Source of the DNA: a virus | Lineage: Duplodnaviria > Caudoviricetes | Length of the DNA: 64,000 bases | Strand: one strand, 5' to 3' | Virus record (IMG/VR): IMGVR_UViG_3300033072_000232 | Span: 17,777-81,776 of that record | In this document: piece after piece, positions 50,205 through 60,070 of the stretch | Numbering within the stretch: the stretch's first letter is position 1 | How the letters are laid out: each line of letters starts with the position of its first letter | Program-made: the position numbers and the translations under genes | The notes under the pieces: generated by a model | Told to the model about the DNA's origin: nothing | The model's input: only the letters and a program-made list of their open reading frames with translations | Databases searched by the model: none

Positions 50205-52508
50205 TCATAGATCAACTCTCGAATAATCACCAGTTAAGCACTTTACAGTAATTACTCCAATAGCATGAGAATTTACCAGAGCTACTGTACTTTTCTTTGA
50301 CTCACAGAACAGATTTGCTCGAATCAATACATTAGAATCAATTGACTGATAAAAGCAACCTTGCAGTGAAATACAAGTAATGATTGTAATAATATATTTC
50401 ATTTACTCACATTTCCTAGCTGATGTTACATTCACAATAAATCTCACACAATCAGTAAACTGAATTTGTTGTAATGGATTAAGATCAGCCCAAGCTAAAT
50501 CTCCTCCAGTCTTAGCCTGAATCTGAAGGAATAGTTTGATTACTTCTGAGTTATTGTTCATAGCTTACCTTCCAAATCTTTAAAATCAGTCTGTGACATA
50601 AGCTCATTGCAAAAATCCGCTAAATCGTCAGGTGTAGTATCGAAAAAACAATTAGGATTAATCACTTCCACTGCTTTCCAAGACTTATGATCACGAGCGT
50701 AATAAAACAAAGTAAGCATCATCTTAAGCTCTTCTTTTGTCTGACAAGTAAACTCAACTTTTACTGGTTCAAATTCTTCATTTTCTATTGTTATTTTAGT
50801 TTTCATTATGTTTCCTTTATTTAATTAGATAAACTTCTGCTTGAATACATTTACTAGAATAGCTGTACTCATGTAGAGGTAGATTCTTCTGCACGTGTTG
50901 ACACTGATTCAGTTTATCAAAGTAACTTACTACAGTAACATTGCCTGAATTAGAGTTAGCATTACTTACAGAAATAAGCATCCAGACTAGAATTGTTTGC
51001 ATATCAAAATCCTTTCATGATTTCTTTCATATTAACTTTCTTTCAATTGTTTATCTACATACTGCTTCAGTAACTTCCAGTCTTTTACCGTCAGATACAA
51101 AGTAGCACCAGCATCACTGATTTGCACTACAGTCAAATCTTCCTGTTTCTTTACAGAAACAATAGTAGAACTTAATTCGATGTAGTTATCTTTGTATTTC
51201 ATCAAAATTCTCCTACCTTAAAGATTCTGTAGCGCTTATTTCCTAACTTCAAATACAACCCTGCATACTTGAATAGCTTAGGACTTTGCCAGATTAGTTT
51301 TGGTAATTTCAAGGCTTACTTCCTTAATGATTAGTACGAATATCATTCCCACAATTAGGACACTTAATTACCATAATCTTTGCTCCTTCATCTGTACGAC
51401 CATTCCAGTGAACTTCATTTGGTGCGTACTCTACGATAGCATAACAGTGATAACAAGTGATTTTCTTGTATAGCTTTTCAGCGAATCCGACAACTTTAGC
51501 CATGATTTATTTCTCCAATATAACTCCAGTACTCTGGCTTAGGGATTTCCGTATCACTCTCGTTTACATACCATTTATACGTTAGTTTAGATGTATCAGG
51601 ATCATCAAAGCAAGTAAACCTTGCAATCAGAAAACGACCTGAGATTGTACACAGCAACACAGGAACTGAAGAATAGGAATCGTTACTATAGTTACTCTGC
51701 ATTAGTGCAGGTAGAAATTCATCTACATGAAACCATTGAAAATCTTTAATAATTGGCATATTATTCCTTTATCTCAATACCATTGGCTTTCCTGTACTCT
51801 TGTTCCTTCAAGAACAGTTCTTCTACAGGAGTACCTTGAATGTGTCGTTGTGTACGTATGACAGCATCAATATGTTCATCCGTCATGTCTTTCAAGAAAA
51901 TATTTTTACCTTCAGGATACTCTAAGTTCTTACCGTAGCTTTTCCATGAAAAATTACTACGTTGTTCTTCCCAAGGAGACTCTGATGTTACACAAAGATT
52001 ACGAGCTGGAGTTTCATTAATTGTAGTACGGATGTAGTACCACAGACCATCAGTCATGTAGTATTCACCTGTAATAGCATCAGTATGTCCTTGGTAGTCA
52101 TGTACGTGCTTAGACTCTAGAATAGTACCGTCTGGAGTCATCCAACGGTTACGGATGTAATAGCTGCGTTTAGGTTGTTCGTTAGTCATATAATTCCTTT
52201 TCTAGTTCATTGATACAGTGTTGAAGTAATTCTTTACGAAGTTTACCATAAGCACCTTCCCACACATTATCGTAACCATTGTATGCATCCAGTGGTGATT
52301 CTCTACCATGAGGGCTTGGAACAGGATACTCAATCCAACCACTGAATTTACTCCATGATTTAAACAACAAAGCAAGATCATCATCCATACCATCGTAATC
52401 ACAATCTATATTATTACAAATACCTATTTCATCATTATTTGGACCATCTTCTTGTAGTTTAATCAAAGCATTTAAAAGTCTTGATTTATTTGCAAAGTTT
52501 GATTCCAT
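50205..52508 (-). CDS. cluster of small hypothetical proteins, including a DUF551-like ORF (51496-51759) and an unlisted zinc-ribbon ORF (51324-51503)
   Basis: Packed ORFs with SDs; CYHC..CPNC in 51324-51503. Confidence 0.5.
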
Positions 52509-52590
52509 AATTTACTCCTGTGAAGTTTCTGCAACGCCTAGACTATACTACAAAATCTTGCTATGTAGTATACCTTAGTAAAATTTAAGG

Positions 52591-53202
52591 TTATTCTACA
52601 GGTGTCCACAGCTTAATATGCATTTCAAACATCATAATAGCAACAGCGTATTCTTGAGCATGGTTGTTATTATTGTGAGTTTCTTTTACAGATTCTTTGA
52701 AAACTTCAATACTATCAAAGAAACAACCTGTGCGAACAAAAGCACCGCTGTCAGTAAGGAACAATTCAAGAGTATCCGAACGAGAGCCAATGTTTTGAAT
52801 ACTGAAATAAGGGCGGACACCAACGAGTTTCCCTTTTTCGAAATTAGCACCGCACAGATCAGCGCCGTGAAGATTAACACCGTACAGATTAGCGCCGTAC
52901 AGATTAGCGCTGCGAAGATCAGCGCTGCGAAGATTAGCGCCGTACAGATTAGCGCTGCGAAGATCAGCGCTGCGAAGATTAGCGCCGTACAGATTAGCAC
53001 CGCACAGATCAGCGCTGCGAAGATTAGCGCCGTACAGATTAGCACCGCACAGATCAGCGCCGCGAAGATCAGCGCTGCGAAGATTAGCGCCGTACAGATT
53101 AGCGCCGGAGATTGCAGCTTTTTCAAGGATTTCTCGTTGAGTAATACCTGAAGTTTGATCTTCAAAAATAACATTAGAAGAAAAGCGGTTTTTGATTTGC
53201 AT
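52591..53202 (-). CDS. pentapeptide repeat protein
   Basis: Tandem A(N/D)LxG/S repeats encoded by 15-nt DNA repeats. Confidence 0.9.
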   Translation of the reverse strand: MQIKNRFSSNVIFEDQTSGITQREILEKAAISGANLYGANLRSADLRGADLCGANLYGANLRSADLCGANLYGANLRSADLRSANLYGANLRSADLRSANLYGANLYGVNLHGADLCGANFEKGKLVGVRPYFSIQNIGSRSDTLELFLTDSGAFVRTGCFFDSIEVFKESVKETHNNNNHAQEYAVAIMMFEMHIKLWTPVE

Positions 53203-53456
53203 GAAAGCTCCTTTAAGTAAGTTGATGAACGAAATGTAACACAGAATGTTTGAAATCTTAGATACCTTACTAAAGTTTAAGGTTATTCCTCTGATTTGTG
53301 AGGTGATAGCTTAGGTAGAATCAGCAGGATAGTCCTAGAAGCCACTAGGAAGCCCTAGGATGTGTTTAAAGCTAGTAGTTGATACGAAGGTAGCCTGAAG
53401 GTACGATAATCTGTTGTAGGCTGTTCTACGGCTTCTTGTAAGAATTATACACTTCT

Positions 53457-53488
53457 TACTTGAAATCATCACTGTAACATGATAAAAT
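53457..53488 (+). promoter_or_regulatory. putative late-type promoter (third copy)
   Basis: TACTTGAAA-N-CATGATAAAAT, TTGAAA-17-TAAAAT. Confidence 0.75.
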
Positions 53489-53494
53489 TCAAAT

Positions 53495-54000
53495 ACTGGT
53501 GCGCATCATCGTACCGATAGCCATGAGTATATCAGGAAGTCAGAACTTGAGATATGCTTAGGCTTGTTCCTAGTTGAGCTAAACAACTAGGGCTGAAACA
53601 GTCGCTTCTTCCTGTCGTCTTGGTGTCAGTGGTGAAACTCCACAGAAGCACCTTACCACTAGACCTTGACACTGTTTAGGCCACCCTCCGGTAACTCGCA
53701 AGCTAGGAGCGTTTGGAGAAACGCTTACAACACTACAGGCTCAATCTGTAGTTGCTAACCAGAAATGGAACGACCACTGACACCTTGTGGAACTAAACCC
53801 GGCAGTAACCTTACAGCTTTAGGCAAGTGCTGTAGTAGATTGGACTGAAGGCGACCTTGAATGGTTGAGCAATCTACAACGTAATTCGACCGAGGAAATA
53901 ACCTAGGTTGACGTTAGAGTACCTCTTGGTTAACCTAATCTTAGAATACTCCTAGGGGTATTTCTTGGGTTGGGTTAACTAAGGTGTACCTAACGTTTTC
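53495..54000 (+). ncRNA. candidate large structured non-coding RNA
   Basis: No ORF of 60 aa or more; many stems visible; promoter upstream and terminator downstream. Confidence 0.55.
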
Positions 54001-54108
54001 TCTCTCAGAAATATACTACAGTATAACTAAAGGTAATACTTTAAGTATAAAGTATAGTAGTAATGTAATAAGATAAATACTAAGGTATAACTTTAGTATA
54101 CAAAACGT

Positions 54109-54162
54109 AAGCCCCTGTGGAGCTAGGATAATAACCTAGTAATCTACAGGGGCTTTTCTTTT
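54109..54162 (+). terminator. rho-independent terminator
   Basis: AAGCCCCTGTGG...CTACAGGGGCTT followed by TTCTTTT. Confidence 0.8.
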
Positions 54163-54217
54163 GTCTGTACAGTTCGTGCTATACTCTACCCATCGTAGCA
54201 ACCAACAGGAGTAACTT

Positions 54218-55691
54218 ATGACTACAGCTAAACAACTGATTGCTTTCCTTAAAACACTTCCAGAAGATACTAGGATATTTGTTCTTGATTCTTTTGTAGA
54301 TAAGGACTTCAATACTGTTCCAGGTTTTAAGGACTTGTGTCTTGATGGGTCAATTACGCTAAGATCACCGAGTGAGTTATATCTGGTTGGTAAGAAAGAT
54401 TAAGGAGTAACTATGATCAGGTATTCAGTAAAAGACAAGCTACCAGAAGCAGGTGAAGAATGTGTATGGGATGGTTCATTGAAATCAAAACCTGTTCTTG
54501 CTTGGTCAAGTAAAGGAAAACCTAGTGTTTGTGTTATGTATAAAATACAAGATGACATCCGTTGGTTTGAAGGTTGTTATGAGGTTACTAAACATATCAC
54601 TCACTGGGCTTATATCCCTGAATTTAAGGAATAACATGCGTAAAGATCAATTAATCAAACTACTACAAGAAATCGAAGGTAATCCTGAAGTTGTGATATG
54701 GAACGGTCACGTAGGTGACTACATGCACATTGATAAACCAGTTCAATCTGATCTTGTTAAGATGACTAAGGACTATTGGATTGAGTCAGTAAGATTAGAA
54801 GAATGCGTTGATCGTGGAGACTTTACTTATCAACTACCTGAACATGAAGTAAAAGAACTTGAACGTAGACACCGTAATGAAATTCCGTGGGAATGTGGGG
54901 AGTACGTTACTGAAGAGGATGTCGACCGTAATCGCTACAAACGTAAACGAGTAGTTTTTATTCAGGTGAAGAAACGTGGTGTTAAGACATTTGATAGAGT
55001 TGGTGTTATCGAATACTAAGGAAGAATCATGAAACAACCTAAAGAATGCTCTAACTGCATGCACTGGTCTAAACATACGTGTCTTGATTCAGAAGGTAAA
55101 CCTATTCTGAAATATGATGCAAAGTACAATAAGTATGTTACACTAGCTGAACCGTACTGGATGTTCGAAGATTGTAAGAAAAACTGGGGATTACCTCAAG
55201 TAGCTTACACGAGTGCTGATAACTGCAAGTACTACCGAGCTAAATAACCTTTTGTTTTACTCAAGTAATCAACAAGTCTGGAAACTACGCTATACTCGCT
55301 TCACCGTAAACAACCGAAAGGAAACCAAATGTCCAAGATTAAAATGATTCCATCTACCGTATCTATCCTTGAAGGAGGTAGCGGTACTGCACCAGAACTA
55401 TTCACCGTTATTCGCTGGCCTGCTGTTGATAAGCATTCTCTGAGTCAATCAGAAATTGACTTCTTGCGTAAACTGTTGGTACTCTCTGAAGAAGCTATTG
55501 ATGACTATAAAGCAGAAGCAACAGAGTACCGTGAATTTTTGTGGAAGGGATGCGATGAAAACAATCCAGAGACACTAGATGCTTTTGTTGAACTTAATCG
55601 AGTAAAATCTAGTCTCAAAAAACTCCGCAAAGATAAAAAGACTATTGTAAGTATTTTCACTAAGTTGAAGCAACAAGCAAAGGTGCAATAA
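54218..55691 (+). CDS. cluster of five small early-type hypothetical proteins
   Basis: 54218-54403, 54413-54634 (DUF551-like), 54636-55019, 55029-55247, 55329-55691. Confidence 0.55.
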
Positions 55692-55831
55692 GAAATAGTA
55701 AGAGGCGATTAAAGCCTCTACAACAGCATAGAAGCCCTTCAGGCTACCTTCGTATTACCAATGGTGTTCTGAAGGCTTCTAGGGTGGTTTAAAGCCTTTC
55801 CAGCCCTATTCCTGAGATATAAATAAACAAC

Positions 55832-56188
55832 ATGCGTAAACGCTTTGAAATCTTTAGTCAAGCATTTGACCGCAAAGGGATGTTGCTTAGTAGTAGCCTA
55901 AACAGCTACTCAAAATCGCATCCTATGCAACTCTATTTTAGTAAACAAGCAGGAATGTCAGAGCAACGTGTATACTTGCATTCTGAACTTGCTTGCTTGA
56001 TTAAAGCAACAGGTAGGCTTGGTAAAGATTCTCGGAGTGTTCATACATTGCTTGTACAGAGGTTCAATAGCAAAGGTTGTCCTGTGCTTTGCAAGCCTTG
56101 TGATAGCTGTATGTTGGCTATACAAGCATACGGTGTGAAGATTTTGAAGTATACTGATAACGGTAAATTGGTTACTGTTGAACTTTAA
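55832..56188 (+). CDS. cytidine deaminase-fold protein
   Basis: HSE...PCDSC zinc motif. Confidence 0.7.
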   Translation: MRKRFEIFSQAFDRKGMLLSSSLNSYSKSHPMQLYFSKQAGMSEQRVYLHSELACLIKATGRLGKDSRSVHTLLVQRFNSKGCPVLCKPCDSCMLAIQAYGVKILKYTDNGKLVTVEL

Positions 56189-56198
56189 GGAGTAAATT

Positions 56199-57513
56199 AT
56201 GGGTGATGATGACGGTAAAGGTATTGGTGTGATTGCAGTTATATTTCTTGTACTTCTTATACTTATAGTCGCAGTCTCCATTGGCGCAAGTATTGAAAAC
56301 TTCCGATTGTACAAAAGTTGTATGGTAGAAATGCAGGATAAACCTCACAAAGAAGCTATTAGTATCTGCAAAGAAAGAACCAAGGGGTAACGCATGAAAG
56401 TATATATTGTAATTCGTAATGAGTTTTGTATACATGAATATGATAATTACTTTAATGAAGCAGTTTACCTCGATGAAAATAAAGCACAAGAATTTTGTGA
56501 CTTTAGTAATAAGAACATGGGCAATGGTAGTAAATACTCAGGTATTAGTTTTTATGTTGAAGTATATGAAACAAAGGAGTAAGTATATGCATATAGAATA
56601 CGCTGAAGATAAAGAACTGATTGAACTTGCTGCTAAGGCTGCTGGACTCCCTGAGCGTGGATGGATGGGGCCAGCGTTTATGTATGTGAAAGATAATCAG
56701 TTTACTGATTGGAACCCATTGAAAGACGATGGTGATGCATTTCGACTTGCTGTGAAGTTGAGTCTTACAATTATTCAAGACAAAAATGATAAGCTGTGTG
56801 CTGTTCATTGGACTGATGTGCAAGGTTGTAGGTCAGCTTACAAAGAAGATCCCTGCGCAGCTACACGCAAAGCAATTACTCGTGCAGCAGCGGAAATCGG
56901 AAGGAATATGAAATGAACATGGAAGATTTGTACCTAAGCACAAATTCAGCAATCAAACCAAAGTCAATCTTTGTATTATTCCGCAGAGAAGATTGGCTGA
57001 CTGACGAATGGATTGATTACCCTGTTCTTGCTTGTTTTGATTTCGATGAAGTAAAACGTCAGCAAGCAATTAAACTTGCTTATTCCGAAGCAAATAAAAC
57101 TAACTACTACATTGAAGAAGTAGAATACAAGTAATGAAAGCAAACGATACAATCGAGCGTCTAACCAGAGGTATTATCGGTATGATAAATACCAGAGCTA
57201 ATGTAATTGCTTTCACAGAAACTATTAAACGTCATAAACTTAAATACAATAAGCAGTCTGCTTTATACAACCAAGCTGTCTATGTAGTTACTTTGGATAG
57301 GCTAATGGATACATACGAAAAGGAATCTTCTAAATGAAAATCTCAGAATTAATTAAAGAACTTCAAGATCAATTAGATGAATTTGGAGATTCCGATACGT
57401 ATTGTACGGATACATATGGTTTTATTTCTCCTATTACATTAGTTTACTATAGTGTTATCAGAGAAGATGAACAAGGAAATCCTTTGCAATTAGGTGTTGT
57501 GGTTGAAGGTTAA
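56199..57513 (+). CDS. cluster of six small hypothetical proteins
   Basis: 56199-56390, 56394-56582, 56587-56916, 56913-57134, 57134-57337, unlisted 57334-57513. Confidence 0.5.
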
Positions 57514-57514
57514 T

Positions 57515-57931
57515 ATGAAACAAAAGCATATCAAAGCATACATGGAGTGCGCTGAAGCATTTGCAAAGTGCAGCAATGCTACTAGACTAAAAGTAGGCTC
57601 TGTTATTGTCAAAGATAACAGGATTATTTCTTGCGGTTATAATGCACATGCAGAACACATCAATGCGCCCTGCGAGCTTCCAGACGGTACAACTGACCCT
57701 AGACTAAGGCACAGTGAAAAAAACGCTCTTATGGGCCTTGTACGTAGCAATCAAAATGCTGTAGGCGCTGTGTTGTTTTGTAATTATTCGTGTTGTCTTG
57801 CCTGTGCTATTGACATAGTTGATGCTGGAATTAAAGAATTTATTTATAAAAACGATTACAGGGATTCATCTGGAATTCAATATTTAATTAAAAACAACAT
57901 AGAGGTTAGAAAATGGCAAGACCAAGACTAA
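57515..57931 (+). CDS. dCMP deaminase
   Basis: KVGSVIV..GYN, HSEKNA, SCCLAC motifs; start ATG 57515. Confidence 0.85.
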   Translation: MKQKHIKAYMECAEAFAKCSNATRLKVGSVIVKDNRIISCGYNAHAEHINAPCELPDGTTDPRLRHSEKNALMGLVRSNQNAVGAVLFCNYSCCLACAIDIVDAGIKEFIYKNDYRDSSGIQYLIKNNIEVRKWQDQD

Positions 57932-58626
57932 ACGATATTATCGGAAATAAGTACAATTATTTACTAGTAACAGGCAGGAGTACCTCCAACAATAGAAAGT
58001 TCGTTTGTGTTTGTGACTGTGGTAAAATTACAGAAACAACAAAACAACGACTTATTTCTGGAAGAACAAAGTCTTGTGGTTGTAAAAAATCTTTACTTTG
58101 CTCAGAAGCTAACAAGTTACATGGTGCATATATTGACGGTAAAAATAGCCCAACATATCAAAGTTACATAGCGATGTTACATAGATGCCATAACCCAGAG
58201 AGGGCGCATTATGATTCATATGGTGGTGCGGGTATTGCAGTAGAAGAGAGCAGTTGGTTACAGCCATCCCCTTATGGATACCTATCTTTTCTGGAAGATA
58301 TGGGAGAACGACCTCAAGGTACTTCAATTGATAGAATAAATGGAAAGTCGGGGTATTCTAAAGAAAATTGTCGTTGGGCATCTCGTAGATTGCAATCGGT
58401 AAACACAGACCATAAGAAAACTAGTAAAAACACATCAAAATATAGAGGCGTATCCGTTAGACCTAGTAATGGAAAGTATATGGCAAGAATCGGTAATGGT
58501 ATAGGTGGTTATGAGTATCTGGGGAATTATTTTACAGAATTTGAAGCAGCGTTTGCTTATAATACTAGAGCATTTGAGTTACACGGGGATGATGCAAAAT
58601 TAAATTTAATATTTTGTGCGCTATAG
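57913..58626 (+). mobile_element. HNH/AP2 homing endonuclease
   Basis: CVCDCG, KSCGC, DMGERP..SIDRING..YSKENCRWA, YRGV..AP2. Confidence 0.85.
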
Positions 58627-58733
58627 ATATTGTTGATGCAGGTATTTCTGCTGTATACTACAGACATCAATACAGATGTGATTCAGGTGTTAAATACCTG
58701 ATGGAACGTGGTATACTTGTTAAACAAATTTAA
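58617..58733 (+). pseudogene. orphaned original C-terminus of dCMP deaminase
   Basis: CAIDIVDAGISAVYYRHQYRCDSGVKYLMERGILVKQI* duplicates the end of 57515-57931. Confidence 0.85.
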
Positions 58734-58741
58734 GGAATAAT

Positions 58742-59146
58742 ATGAAACCTACTTTATATCTTATCCGTGGTGTTCCCGGTAGTGGTAAGTCTACATTTGC
58801 ACAAGAACTTGAAGATGCTTGTGTTGTAAGCTATGTCCTTGAAGCTGACAATTACTTTATTAATCAGAGCACAGGTGAGTATAATTTTGATGCATCTAAG
58901 CTTAAACAAGCTCATGAATGGTGCCAGCTTTCTGCTATCCGATCACTTAACAATCAAAACTCAGTAGCTGTATCTAACACCAGTACAACAGAAAAAGAAG
59001 TAGAGACATATCGTAAAATCGCTGAAGAATGTAACGCTAATTTTGTTAGTTTGATTGTAGAGAACAGACATAGTGGTGTTAATATCCATAACGTACCTGA
59101 AGATAAGATTCAGCAGATGAAGCAACGGTTTAGCATCAAACTTTAA
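58742..59146 (+). CDS. P-loop kinase (polynucleotide kinase-like AAA_33)
   Basis: RGVPGSGKST, EAD.YF, AH.WC, VSNT motifs. Confidence 0.8.
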   Translation: MKPTLYLIRGVPGSGKSTFAQELEDACVVSYVLEADNYFINQSTGEYNFDASKLKQAHEWCQLSAIRSLNNQNSVAVSNTSTTEKEVETYRKIAEECNANFVSLIVENRHSGVNIHNVPEDKIQQMKQRFSIKL

Positions 59147-59294
59147 GGAATAATATGACAACGATTCTATTTTCCATAGCAATGACACAATTATGGATTG
59201 CCACTAATCCTGATACCACAAATTCTTTTAGAACCGTGGCAGCATTAACGTGGTTGATCACTTCTATAGTACTTTCAATAATCTTACTTCTAAA

Positions 59295-59375
59295 ATGACT
59301 ACATACCTAACCAGCGATCTTCACCACGCTCACAATAAATTAACTATGAATATAATCAATGGTAAAGATAACTAG
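59295..59375 (+). pseudogene. orphaned original N-terminus of metallophosphoesterase
   Basis: MTTYLTSDLHHAHNK then diverges and stops; coupled by ATGA overlap to upstream 47-aa ORF (59155-59298). Confidence 0.8.
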
Positions 59376-60066
59376 AAAATTTGAATACGAATGTCAAAAC
59401 TGCGGAAAGCCTTTTCTTGCTTTCCCTTCTCAACGTAGAGGTAAGACTTTTGCATGTTCAAAAGAATGCGCAGCGGAAATAAGAAAAATCTCTAATCTTG
59501 GAGAAAAGAATCCTAATTATAAAGAAGGAATCCATTGCACTGAATCTTTCTGTGATTGTGGAAATATTAAGGATTACAGGGCTGTTAAGTGTTCAGATTG
59601 TACAAACTTACATAAGCCGAAAGAAGGTTACTCACGCGATCTTGCTGGTGTTATAAAAGCAATATCAGACTCCGATTCATATTTAAGTGCTTCTAAATTA
59701 TGTGGAGTAAGTAGGGTCAAAGTTAGGGATATTGCAAAAGATAACGGAATTGATATTTCTCATTTTGTAGTTTGCAAAAATAGACCTTCAACAGATTTAG
59801 ATATATTTAAAATCCATGATACAAGAGTGAATGCAAAAGTTAGGAAATATTTACTCAATAATGATATTATGGAGTATCAGTGTACAGAATGTGGCCTTGG
59901 TGATGAGTGGAATGGAAAACTCCTCACTCTAGAACTTGATCACATCAATGGAATTAAAGAAGACAATAGATTAGAGAATCTTAGATTCTTGTGTCCAAAT
60001 TGTCATACTCAAACATCAACTCATAGAGGAGCTAATATAAATGCAAGAAATAGAGAAAGGAGTTAG
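59359..60066 (+). mobile_element. zinc-finger HNH homing endonuclease
   Basis: CQNC..CSKEC; LELDHINGIKEDNRLENLRFLCPNCH. Confidence 0.85.
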
Positions 60067-60070
60067 TCGG

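Noticed and set aside
52618-53174. Extra repeat ORFs 52618-53151 (+) and 52686-53174 (-)
   Set aside because: Stop-free by-products of the 15-nt pentapeptide repeat
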